Shown: in pieces, positions 1 through 11,800 of the stretch | Position numbering within the stretch: the first letter of the stretch is position 1 | How the letters are laid out: each line of letters begins with the position of its first letter | Assembly: GCA_002633005.1 (NCBI GenBank) | Contig: NMRA01000360.1 | Span: forward strand, 397,049 to 461,048 | Length of the DNA: 64,000 bases | Source of the DNA: Phoronis australis | Taxonomy: Eukaryota; Animalia; Phoronida | Direction of reading: 5' to 3' | The notes under the pieces: model-generated | What the model saw: only the letters and a program-made list of their open reading frames with translations | Database searches by the model: none | Told to the model about the DNA's origin: nothing | Position numbers and translations under genes: made by a program

Positions 1-320
1 ATTTGACAATTCTCTCATTTTACTAGAACCATTTCAACGGAAATGCTGGTTAGTGGCATTGTTTCCTGATGATGGTTTGATATCAGTAAGCTGAAACATT
101 GACAACTTGGATCATGAATCCCGTCTCGGTTTTCATTTTCAACTTTCTCCTGGAAATACCTATTTGTATTGAATAAAATCAAATTGTTGCCTCTTTTTCT
201 TGTACAGAAATATTGATTTTGTGTGCACTTATAAGAGGTTAAGCATTATTTTAAATCTGATGGCCTGATAGCCGGATTTTAAATGACTGTTTTGCTGACG
301 TGTTAGTTCTTTCTCCTCAG

Positions 321-505
321 AGATGGTGCTTGCGCAGGCATCTCTTCACCAAGCCTCTCTGCTGTTTGCCGAGACGCGCGTGCCCGTCATCAATCTGAAG
401 GACGGTAGCCGCCTGTCCGGGGACCAGGCTCCCATGCGTAAGGACCTGGAAGAGTGGCTAGAGGAACACCCTGGTTACATGGTGGAGGCAGCCGAAGATG
501 AGGAG
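321..505 (+). CDS. CHD7: CHD7/kismet-like exon, BRK domain 1
   Basis: ttctcctcag acceptor, GAG|gtgggt donor; RVPVINLKDG...LEEWLEEHPGY. Confidence 0.85.
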
Positions 506-3320
506 GTGGGTGTTACCGCCAGTTGTGGACTGAGGGGAGAAAGGCTATAATGAGATTCACTTATACATAGTTGATGATAAATAGTGCAGGTGCACGCTAT
601 TTTGACTTCTACCCTATTTATTCGGAATGGAAGACTTTGTATTCAGGAGGTGGCGCCAGTGAATAAAGGCTCCGTTTTGAACACCTGAATAGATTGGGAG
701 CAGAGAGCTGTTGATGAGAATACTGGCGTCTTTGCGCGGATGGTCATGTTGATTACCCGAATGAATGCTTATGTATGGGTAGGACCATTGTCTCACTAGC
801 GCCATCTAGTGAATATAAAGTTGCCCTTTTATTGATTGGTGTCACTTGGCTTGTAGTTTTCACCTTGAAACGTGTATGTACTATACACCATATTCACTCA
901 GTATCCGTTTTAAAAGTGAGCCTCTTTTTAGGTTTTGAAAACAATGCATTTTGCGCTTAAATAGAGCGGAAAACGTGATTTTTTTTTGCATGCCTCGTTA
1001 TATTCTTGTCTCAAATGCAGTGTTTTTTTTTTAAACTTAAAAAGAGGCTCACTACTAAAATGGTGACGGCATGAGTAAGGTCTATTGCTTGAAGTTTCAT
1101 TGTTGTGTTGACCGCTGAATGAAGCTCTTGTCCAGTTTTGTAATTACTGCAGGCCTCTTAAGCATGGTGAACCAACATATTTTATGTTTTACAACTGTGG
1201 TTGTTGCTATGGAAATACAGATGATGAAACTAGATCCAACTCAGACTCTGCTGTGTTGATTAATATCAATTCGAGCTTTTTAACCCTGATGTATTTCCTC
1301 CTATGGATTATATTGTTTGCGTGATGGTTGTTAAGTTTTGGTTCGTGAAACAGTTTTGAATACAAAACATTCAACATGTCACTGTTACGTGTTATAAAAG
1401 CATATAACCTTGACCCATTTTCCTACTCGGGTGTTCTGTGCAGGTAGAGTTTATGCAGAAAAAGTACAATTTTTTGTTCAAAGGCATTGGGACTTCTTTT
1501 TGTGAATCATTTGAATATCTAACTGCGAGTTCCACTGCTTCGAAATCTCTGTCCAAAACTCTAAGTTACATGTAAAATGTCCTTGGTGCCACATTTTAGT
1601 GCTCAAAATAATCCGTGTGTAAATTGGAATGTGACTGTTGCCTTATACTTTGCTGTTGCTTATGTTTCAGGGCATGTTAGATAAACGGCGGAGACGTAGA
1701 CCGCGACTGGACCCCTTGAGACTTGACCCTGACCACATAACTGGAGATGAAAACGTGTCTGTGATAAATAGGGAAACTGGCAAAAAGGTGTGTTAGTTTG
1801 GCTCAGTTAAGTGTGCTAACTTGTGTGGATGAAATATATATGTTCACTTGGTGCTTATGAACACAGTTGTAGTTTTTATACCAAATTTAGATTTTGGTGT
1901 AGATAGCTGTTCTAGCATTTGTTAATGGCTTGTCAGAGAATGACAGAAGTTCGGGAATTTTTTATTGATTGGTGTTTTTGGGAAGGTTTTTTGCTTGTTC
2001 TCGATTAATTCTTGCTGTCTTTTTTTCACCTTGTCTTTTTTGCATAATAGTATGGCTGACATTAAATCGCTTATGACTGAGATGGTGCATCTTAGTAAAC
2101 CATTGTTACCATTCCAGATTACTGGTGCAAAGGCTCCCCCCATAAAGCATTTGGCTCTGTGGCTGAAACAGAACCCTACGTTTGACGTGGACCCCAAGTG
2201 GGCACACATCGTGAAGGAGAAGGCCGACATTCCCGACGAGCTCAAAGACAGGATACGTCTTCCATCAGACAGGGGGCGCCGCAGTATGCCCAGCAGCTCG
2301 CTGCTGCCACCTGAGCTCCAGTTCCCAGGAACATCTGGTCTCGGTGCATTGCCCAGCCTCACTAATCCAGCCATGTTGAGTGCTATGCACAAGTTTCCAC
2401 TCAACGTTCCGTTCGGTGGTCTTCCCTCCATGGGCCTAATGTCTTCAATGATGGGTCTGCCCAACTTCCCCTTCCCAGTCGTCTCCACGGCCAACTCGGA
2501 CTCCGCCAGTGATAGAAAGAGCCCCAAGGACTCGAGCAAGCGCAAGTCTGACTCGCCAGGTAGTAGTAGCAATGCCGCTGTCGCGGCGGCTGCTGCCGCC
2601 GAAGCAGCAGCGGCGACTTCAGCTGCTGCGTTTCCGTTCATGTACAACCCGTTCATGTATCACTCACTGTTGGCAGCGCAGGGCCTGGCTGGCTTCAGTC
2701 TTCCTACCAGTCTTCCCACCTCGTTTGCCACCTTGGCTCAGGCAGGGCTGGCTAATGGTTTGAAGGAATCAGAGGAGACGGAAGAATCCGCACGCAAGTC
2801 GGAGGGTGAACAGGAGGAGGCCCAGGATTTGTCCGTTAAGAAAACAGTTGAGCCAGAGAAAACTCGTGAGGGAGGCCAAAGCTCTAGTGAACACAAACAC
2901 TCTAAGGAGAAACATGGCCATCATCACCACCACCATCGAAAGCACAAAGATCGACATGGGGATCACAGTTCACAACGTAAGACAGACAGCAGCAGTCAGT
3001 CGTCTTCGTCGCGAAAAAAGATTGAGCGAATCGCTGAAGCTCTAGCCATTAAACAGAACAAAGACGGCGTGGCGGAGGATAGTCACCCCGAGCCAACCAA
3101 AGACAAGGGTCGAATCTCGTCTCCGGTACCGTCTGTAAGTGAGCCGAAAAACGATGGCGAAACTTTGGAAAAGAGCAAGGCTGTTGATGCTTCTAATGTT
3201 GCAGCTAGTGCTCTGGTAGTGGAAGAAATGAAATCTGATAAAGCGGAGAATGTTGTTGATGTTGAGATGGGGTGTGAGTCTGGGGAGGTGGACGATGTGA
3301 AAGAAAGTGTAGATAATTAA
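321..3320 (+). CDS. CHD7: 3' part of a CHD6-9/kismet-family chromodomain helicase (CHD7-like); coding exons 321-505, 1671-1787, 2118-3320; the 5' part lies outside the window
   Basis: Three GT-AG-bounded exons join in frame. They encode two BRK-domain-like motifs (ETRVPVINLKDGSRLSGDQAPMRKDLEEWLEEHPGY; TGDENVSVINRETGKK|ITGAKAPPIKHLALWLKQNPTFDVDPKW), then a low-complexity tail with FPFMYNPFMY, a PxDLS-like AQDLS motif and a His-rich stretch; stop TAA at 3318-3320. The exact paralog (CHD6/7/8/9) cannot be resolved. Confidence 0.85.
883..1036 (-). repeat. Dispersed repeat fragment, inverted relative to copies at about 11810-11953 and 13190-13338
   Basis: Reverse complement aligns by eye over about 150 bp; the longer copies begin ttaaaggcac/ttaaaggcat, a Kolobok-like terminus. 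Confidence 0.6.
1671..1787 (+). CDS. CHD7: CHD7/kismet-like exon, start of BRK domain 2
   Basis: tgtttcag acceptor, AAG|gtgtgt donor; 39 codons GMLDKRRRRRPRLDPLRLDPDHITGDENVSVINRETGKK. Confidence 0.85.
2118..3320 (+). CDS. CHD7: CHD7/kismet-like terminal coding exon
   Basis: attccag acceptor, in frame with ORF 1965..3320; ITGAKAPPIKHLALWLKQNP...VDN-stop. Confidence 0.87.
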   Translation: MTGAKAPPIKHLALWLKQNPTFDVDPKWAHIVKEKADIPDELKDRIRLPSDRGRRSMPSSSLLPPELQFPGTSGLGALPSLTNPAMLSAMHKFPLNVPFGGLPSMGLMSSMMGLPNFPFPVVSTANSDSASDRKSPKDSSKRKSDSPGSSSNAAVAAAAAAEAAAATSAAAFPFMYNPFMYHSLLAAQGLAGFSLPTSLPTSFATLAQAGLANGLKESEETEESARKSEGEQEEAQDLSVKKTVEPEKTREGGQSSSEHKHSKEKHGHHHHHHRKHKDRHGDHSSQRKTDSSSQSSSSRKKIERIAEALAIKQNKDGVAEDSHPEPTKDKGRISSPVPSVSEPKNDGETLEKSKAVDASNVAASALVVEEMKSDKAENVVDVEMGCESGEVDDVKESVDN

Positions 3321-4292
3321 TTAGAGATTGTCATCTCTATTGAGATTATGCCTATGGGATTTCTGTTTGAAAACAGCCTGATTTTTGTTGGACTACAGCG
3401 CCACTTGACTGTGGACTGGATTGTGACCCTTGCAAAAGTAGTTACTGTGTGGCAATAATTGTTTCTGTGTAAATAGCCAAAGTTTGACAATACGTACTCG
3501 ATACTGTGATGTGTCTAAGATAGTAGACATTTCTTGACTGGTGTCGTTTAAACCAAAGAACATTTGAACGATCACTGTTTAGGTCGGCTAGTCTTTTTAT
3601 ATTTTTTATTTTATGAGCATTTTTGTGTCGAACTTGTGTAGATGTGAATGTTTTTAGTGTTTTGTGTGACTAAATATGAATCATGATAGAATTCTAGGAC
3701 TGACCTGTTCATTTGTTGTGGGGTGCATTTGTGATGTTATGGACTTGTGGGACGCTCTTTTGTTAGTGACAATTCAAATTGAAGAATTAAATAAATTTAC
3801 ACAGAGTGTAATAAGGCATTCCCATGTCATCTCAAATGTTGTTATCACATTTCCTGATTTTGACGAGATTAAACTCCCTTTTAGAGGCTGTCACTTTTAG
3901 TCCTGCTGCATTTAAAAAAATCCTCAATTGTCTTTTCAGCACTCAGTGCAGATTTCGGTACTTCTAATGTAAGTTGTAAAGAACAGAACTTTTGTTTCGA
4001 TCGCTAGTGGTCTTATATGGGTTTACAAACGGTTTATTAGTTTAGATCTAGTCGTTGTGCGTGCTCATTGTGTATATCTAATTCATACTCGAATTGTGTA
4101 GTGGAACCATAGCTGCAATCTTTTGATGTTTGTTCAATTGTGTTATGTAAAGACAGATGTTATAATCAAATAGTAATTTATTGCCCTCAATTACCATTTT
4201 CAATAAGTTATTTTCTACATGGGATACGCCTGCATTCAGCCATTGTGCTTGTCATGTCTGTGGTTAACATATTGAAGACTATTTTTATCATG

Positions 4293-4298
4293 AATAAA
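4293..4298 (+). terminator. Probable polyadenylation signal of the CHD gene
   Basis: AATAAA about 1 kb after the stop codon, followed by U/GU-rich sequence. Confidence 0.45.
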
Positions 4299-4834
4299 TT
4301 GTTTCTTTATATTACACTTTTTCATCATTTTTTGTTTTTGGCACTTATAACTGACACATCGATTGGGAAAATTGACCAGCCTTGATTTCTGCAAACTAAG
4401 GTGCTCGAATAGTTTTAAGTCAGTTCATTGTTTTCAGAAGTCACGGTGTATGAACGATAACCTAAAGTCCTCTGTTGTGAACTCTATGCTTATCTGGTTC
4501 CTGTGAGGAGTGTAATGAAACTGGTACTTCAGAATTCTTTCCTCACAAGAAGTTCCTTGCTTACCAACATCTTTACTTTCCTACTTTTCACTCACAGGCA
4601 GAAAACCAGAGTGAAAACTTGCTTGGTACGCTGATGAACTTCTGTACGTGATATAGTACAGTACATCTCCAGAATTCAATGTTTGTTCTGTACTGCTATG
4701 TGCAATACAATGCCAGCACTAGATTGTGGTTCCTTTTTTCATAAAAAAGAATTTGTGTACTGTATTACCCAAAATATAAGGTCACTACCTTATAGTAGAT
4801 TTTGGTCTTATTTCTGGGTCATTTGCATTCTGGC

Positions 4835-4898
4835 GTGTACTAAGTGTTCGCCATGTTGTAGGTAATTTTAATTACAACATGGCGAACACTAAGTACAC
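4835..4898. repeat. Near-perfect hairpin with 26-bp arms
   Basis: gtgtactaagtgttcgccatgttgta / tacaacatggcgaacactaagtacac, 1 mismatch. Confidence 0.85.
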
Positions 4899-5608
4899 TA
4901 ATTAAAATTCCCCGCATTTGTTCTCTTTTTTCATTCAATATTTTTATGGAATGGTTTTAGTAAAGCAATATTCTATATTAGACATTAATTCATTTTGATC
5001 GTGACAAATTGGCAAAAACAAAAAAAAAAATAAAATGGCCTTGCATTCGACACGACAGTATTTGGGCCTCAGACTACAATGTGTGGCTGTGGCCTCATAT
5101 TCTAGGTCATTCATTTAGGGTTCTCAAAAACGCATGGTTTGGCTTATAAGGCCATTGTTTCATACTCCGGCTAATGCGGTACACGTGAAAATGAAGACAG
5201 AGGGACTTTCTCTGAGAAAAGATTGCTGTTGGTGAGTACGGTCGTCGGTTCGTGTACGAGGAAGATTAGCAACGTTTTTAAGTCGGAATGCGACTTGTAG
5301 AGCGGACAGCGTTCGTGGTTTCGCTAACTCAGCGATTACAAACGATATTTTGGCGTCACCTATAGGCACTATTACTGGTTGACTGTTTGGGCGTAGCACT
5401 ACCTTAAAGTAGGTCATGTAACTGCGCGATTACTGCAAAGGAATTACAGTTCAATACAGTTTTTAAGAAATGTCCTTGTATATACGGTGGGTTACTTATG
5501 CAGTAGACTTGTCTACTGTGAAGTTTTTGCGTGTATTAGTATGGCGAAAGATACGTTTACTGTCGGATTATTTTGCTCATTTGCTTTCGTTCATTAAATG
5601 GGTCAATG

Positions 5609-5621
5609 TTTCCCGCCATTT
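5609..5621 (+). promoter_or_regulatory. E2F consensus site (TTTCCCGCC) overlapping a YY1-like CGCCATTT motif, upstream of the RBL start codon
   Basis: Sequence tttcccgccattt about 75 nt upstream of ATG 5688, in a CpG-enriched region. Confidence 0.5.
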
Positions 5622-5687
5622 GATGCGTGAGAAAAGATCGTGTAGTTTGTATTGGGGATTTAAATTCCCCGGTTTTAAAAGAAAAAA

Positions 5688-5825
5688 ATGGGACTTTCAG
5701 AGGATGGCGATGAAAATGTGGAGCAACAGTACGAAGAACTATGCCTGACACTAAATTTAGAAGCAAATACCAAGGATGAGGCGTGGCAAGCCTTCGAAAG
5801 AATTAAGACAAACTACACCTTAGAA
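5688..5825 (+). CDS. RBL1: RBL exon 1
   Basis: aaaATGG start; MGLSEDG...NYTLE|gtaagc. Confidence 0.88.
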
Positions 5826-8800
5826 GTAAGCGTTATTTTGATCAGCCATTTTTGTTTGGTCTTGGATATTTAAAAATGTCGGTTCACACTCAGATTTAGA
5901 TTTTCAGATTTTCACGTCCGGCTTGTGGTTCAGTAGTCCATTTTATTTTATTTTGTTTTACTTTAGGGTAATGAGCTGCACTGGCTTTCCTGTGCGTTGT
6001 ACGTTGCATGCAGAAAGACGAAAGTCCCTACTGTTGGACGTGGAGTCGTGGAAGGCAACTGTGTTTCTCTCACGAGACTGCTGCGGTCATCAAAACTAAG
6101 GTGAGTTTAGGCAATTACATCGCCCTGGATGCCACAGACATACAGGGGCGATAGCACATCCCCACCAAAAGTTACGATTTTCAGAGTACAGGAGATAAAA
6201 TAAAGTGAAACCTGCATATATGCACATGAAGTTGTTGTTAACACATACCATAACAGTCTGGAGATGATTCAGTCAGTATAATTTGAACAAATCGATGAAA
6301 GTCAGTCTCGATTTGCTAGAGTTTCTCTTACCGGGTGCCATTTTGTGGAAGGTACGTGAAATTAGGCATGTTGACAAATAAAAAGTCCGAGGAACACAAA
6401 TCTTACAAATTTCACATGATAACCTTCCCATGCTATTTTGCAAGTGTTATGCACCAGCGTCACGCGGTTCGCTCAGTCTTGCGCTAGCCTTTGCCTAACT
6501 CACGTGAATCAGTTGAAATACTTTGTGGTTATTGCGCTTGTGGTGAAAAAGTTAACAGTGACTAAAAAGTGGAGTTGGAATTCTTTGCCAAACTCACCTT
6601 AATGTGTAGAAGTAGAAAGGACCACTGAAGAAATAAGCAGTTTTTTAAGTAGTAGTTCTAAGTGTGGAATGTATTTTTGATGAGATGAAAACTCCTATTT
6701 GGTGGCTGGATTTGGCCTACCGCCCTTTTAAAATACACGGGACAAAATTCGTACAGAAAGCGATGAGAAGTATTGTAGCCCCTAACCGGCCAACTGAGGG
6801 GCTACGTGTTGCCTAAGGTGAGTTATGGTCTATCAAAATTTCTCTTTGTCATAGGTATGCTCCTGTACTTTGAATCTACTATTGATGAAGTTATTATTGC
6901 AGTGACTAGGTTAATTGTGTTACTCTTTGCTTTAGAAATAATAATTTTTCTACTGGTTTGCCTTTTTTCCACTGGTGCTGTGCAGTGCTTGGTTATTTGA
7001 GTAATCGTAAACATTAGATGTGAGGTACGAGCCTGACATTGGTAATAGTCGGATGCATGGGTCCCTGATTTAACAACCAGTTACTCCCACTTAATAACGC
7101 CCGATCAGTGGTAGTAACTGGTTCTCAAATCGATTTTTAATCAGGGACCCTCCTGTTTTTTGTGTGCAAACGTGGAGTTTCAATAAGCCCTTTGTGTTTA
7201 GTTACATAAGTAGATAAGTTCCGGGAAATTTGGACGAAACTGCCCTACTGGACTTGCTTATAAATTAGACTGGACTAAGGTCTCAACTGGGCTCAGGAGA
7301 GACGGTGGCCTTCCATACACCAAAAGCTTTACAGCAGGTTGTGCCTTGTACTGAATAAACCATCAAAGTTATGTTGCTACAGGTAGCTGTTGATGTCTTT
7401 TAATGTTCTAGCTCGAACAAATACTTCCGCCTTCAAATTGTTTTTCTAACAGTCCTTCGTTCACTTGCCCAAATCGGCAACTGGCCATTTTTAAGCTGCT
7501 TACGCCAGGGGATTGAATTTTACCGCTCTCCGAGTTTCCCAGAACTGCCCCTGTCATACAGTAATTTTTATTGTGTTACTGGCAGTTGTGGCAGGGAAAA
7601 GCTATTAAATTAGTGACATACTTTTATTTTGTGAACATCCACAAGACTGAGGGATAGGTTGTCTTGTGGACACATAATGAATAAAATGAATTGTGCTTTT
7701 TCAGTTTGATCCAGTTCTTTAACAAGATGAAAAAGTGGTGTGACATGTCTAGTTTGTCAACCGAGTTTCGCGACAAAATCGAGAGATTGGAGCGTAATTT
7801 TGCCGTGTCCACAGTTATCTTCAAGAAATTTGGACCCATATTTTTGGAGATCTTCAAAGATCCGACCAGTGACCCTCCAAGGCCCCCCAGAAGTAGAAAG
7901 CAGAGGTAATGTGGTTTGTACTCTACATAATTTCTGGTTTTTGTTTAACTGCGGGTGTTTATGTTTAACATAATTCTGTCCTTCTACAAATGAGCTTGTG
8001 AGTTGCCTGTAGGGGCCTAGAATGTGTTTGCTTTGTCTGGTCAATGCCCATATCTTGTTCATTGGGGAATTGGGTGACTTTCATGTATTGATTTTCGCCT
8101 CTAGAAGCACGGGTTGTTCCCATCCCCATCTTCTATATTCGCCATGAACACTAGTATATCACTGTTTTTTTTTGCAAATTATAGGTCACTANTTTTTTTT
8201 TTTGTAAATTATAGGTCACTATGTTAATGGCAGTTGTCGAAAGCTGGTGTAACTAATTAATAAACTTACTTTTTTTCTTCCACTGGCCAGTGGGTGCATT
8301 GGGTTACCTATTAGTTGGTGGTTTCAAAGTTTGTACACGTTACATGTCTGGGTGAAATCAGAAGTCGACGAATCGTTAATTTATGTCATTTTCATGTATA
8401 AACATACGATGGAAGTAACCTTGAGCTACTTTTCAACCACACTTTTGCTGACTTCTACTATACTTTTGGTGGTCACAATATAAAGAATACTTGCCGTGAG
8501 ATCAGTCAAGGCTTTTTAGGCACCTAAAAATATGTGTGGGCTTGAGTGCATTATAAATTATAGAAAATGCAAATTAATTGAATTAAAAAAATCAAATAAA
8601 TATTGCACAGTCTTTTTAACCTCTTCAAAAATTTCTAATTATAAGATATGCAAAATGTGGGTTGTTTGTAGACATGTCAAGTGCATGCTTTTTGGGGTAT
8701 GTGCCAAAAATATCCCGTGCATCTGAGCATGACAGCCCAACTGGAGTAGGCATCTGTTGGGTTAGTGATGTTGTTCATGGAGATGAAAAAAAAATTATTC

Positions 8801-11800
8801 ATGTCTTGGAAGAATTTTACTGATATGGATTACATTGCATTTTTCACATTCATCTGTTAACACAAAATGCTTGCAGTCGCTAGATTCTCCTGCCACCTAT
8901 GTCATAGGGCATGACTACCATTTGCGCGTGGAGTTGGGGCAAGTTCAATGGACCCTTTATGTTCATTTTACACATGCCAAGAGTGAAGAATTATTCCTTC
9001 TTTTGCCCCTGGTTGTTGAAAGGACAAGGCATTATCTTCTTTTTTTTCTATAAAGTGGTCAGTGTAGTGATGAGGCTGTTTCTCCCAGGGTTTGGTCGAT
9101 TTTAGCGTGTCGGAAACATCTACAAAAAAGTTTATGTCAGTTCTTAAGCTATGTGTACTAGGAACAATGTAGTCACAAGTAATGGCTGTTTTCATTGGTG
9201 TTGTGCGTGGACATTGCTTCATCCAGTTTTTGTTCTCTTGCAGACGTTTACCCTGTACTGTGACCGATGTGTTCAACTTCTGCTGGACCATGTTTGTGCA
9301 AGTGAAAGGTAAACAGTGATTAGTTACGATTACGCTAGTTCACAACCACGCTAACTCACAACCACGGCATCCATATGTGTTGCCTTTGTCTGCAGTGCTT
9401 TTCTATAGGGTTTGTGTAAACAGTGGGAATGTGTTGAATCGGTGGACATTGCATGTTGATGCTTGCTGTAGTTTGGCTGAGTTGATGCTTGCTGTAGTTT
9501 GGCCGAGGTGGCAACCAGAATGAAGGCAGGAAGTTTGAAACTTGACTTTTTGTCAATACTTTTATGATTTAATATATTATATAAGGTTTGAGAATTTTTA
9601 TTAGCTTTGTTTGAACTCTGTAGATGTTATAAAGCGATTGGAAATGTTCCAGTTATTTGATGAAGGGTTATTGATCTTTTGAAAATTAGAAAGAGCAACT
9701 ATTTTTGCTAATAGTCTTGTGCGTATGTTCTGTGTTATGTGATGTTTGCTTATGTGTTCAGTAAGGCATTGTTTTTTTTATAATGAATTTTTTTCTGTAA
9801 ACTCGCGAGTTAACGCCCTTGGCACTTAAATTGGGAAACCCTTAGATGGGGTAGGCGATTACCAGTGGCGGATTTAGAGGGGGCCAAGGGCTATACCCCC
9901 CCAAAAAACTACCAGATTCCATTTGGCAGTTCAGAGGTGCGAATGTCTGACTGCAAAATCCTGGCTAATACTCTGCCCTGGTCTGCCCCTTACAAAAAAT
10001 CATGGATCCGCCCCTGATTGCCCTAGCAGTGGGCGCTTAAACCGAAAATTAGCAAAAGTTGGGGGTGGGTGATTACCCAAGCAGTGGCTGCTTACGTCCA
10101 AATTTTAGCTGAACTATGCAAGGGCGCTGGGAGTTCATTCTAGTTCGGTCAATCAGCGGAACCGACAACTACAAAGTTTCTAATGGCTCAAACAGAAAGA
10201 GGATTTTGACTTAGAAAGGGTGATTTGGTGAGACTATTGCTAAAAACTCAGTGTGTTTTCAGATATATTAGCACGCTGCAAAATGTCATATAGCGGAACT
10301 TTATGAAACTGGAATGGCAATCCACTTATCTTATCAGCAAGTACTGTTTCAGATCAGTGGACGTGACTACATTTCGTTTCGTTGATTAAAACACAGATGA
10401 TTCGTTTGCAGCCCGACCTAAACTTTGCAATTGCAACGAGAGGGGTATGTGATTAATTGCTCAATTCAAATCTGCCTCGACCTGGGAGATAAAGCTAGCA
10501 AAATCATGTGCTCCATATGTGCAACTTGTATACTCAAATAACTTCACTGTCCAATCGAGATCATTAGAAAGTGATGACTAATCTCGTAGTAGAAAAGCAA
10601 CGGTTCTTCTAAAAATCTACGGAGTTGGCCTTTTATTAATTTAACAAAAGACCAGTTAATAAGGTTAAGAAAAGGTCGTTGCAGCGCTTAAGTTATTCCG
10701 CAAATACGACTAAAACGTGCTTTTTGAGACTATCGTACACAAGCATGCCGTGTTTTCCACAAACACGGAAGTCCGAACCCGAGGCAAAGCTGCACAAGTT
10801 CAAGCTCAAGTTTTGTTAGCAGTGAGTTGGGGACGGACAATTACTTAAGAAGCTGAAATTTGCGCAAAGTGGGGGATGGGGATGGGCGATTACCCGAACA
10901 GTGGGCACTTACATGGAAATTTGGCAAGTCGGGGGTGGGCCATTACCTGGGCTTGGGCGTTAAACCGCAAGTTTATGGTAGTTATCCAAAACACACGGGA
11001 GTTTACTGCTGATCAACTGAAATGTTCGTTTTGCAACTCGGCATTGATTTTGATCACGTGCATTGTTTCGCCGTCCGCAGGTCACTTCCCGGCAATCAGT
11101 GATGACCTAGTCAACTCTTACCACCTCCTACTGTGCTGTGTAGACTGGATGTACAGTAATGCCCTGCAGGGGAACCGCAAGGACCTCCTCAATCCTGCCT
11201 TCTCTGGTAAGTCTTCCTGCTGATTTGTACAGTTTGCTGGCACTCTACGCATGGTTGAAAGTTGGCTCGAGTTATTTGAGCAAAATGACCTGGTTTTTGT
11301 CATTTTGCTTGAGACTACGTAACAAAAAGTACAGAAGTGTTAGTAGCTATTGGCCAGTGTCACTACCAAGGTCGCGTGAACAGATACCATGAAATTTGAG
11401 AAGTGTAGGCGATGTAGTTCCAATTTTTTTACCACTTGCACTAGCCTGAGTTAACGGGTGAAGTGTTGTAATAACAAAAAATCATGCTTGCAAAGTGTCA
11501 GTGTTCTCCACAGCCCGTTTCGACTCATTGCAGTTACGAGTTTGGATTTTGATGCATCAAGTTTGACTCACATGAGTTGAGTTTGAAAAACACTAAGAGT
11601 TTAAAATAAAATCATAGGAAATTAAAATAGTTAATTTTTTAGCAAATTAGCATACTTTGAGCATTTGGCTCCAGAATATGGACAAGGAATTTTGAACATT
11701 ATGTAGCCATCATCAATTTGAATTTTCTGTTGTGGAGAACACTGATATGTAACCTGATCTTTGCTCGTAAAATCAGGGAAGTTGAACATTTTAAAGGCAC

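Noticed and set aside
1965-2117. N-terminal extension of the 451-aa ORF as a standalone gene start
   Set aside because: It is intronic pyrimidine-rich sequence ending at the acceptor at 2117; the BRK domain is completed only by splicing.
1922-2656. 244-aa minus-strand ORF
   Set aside because: Antisense shadow of the GC-rich CHD terminal exon; no recognisable domain.
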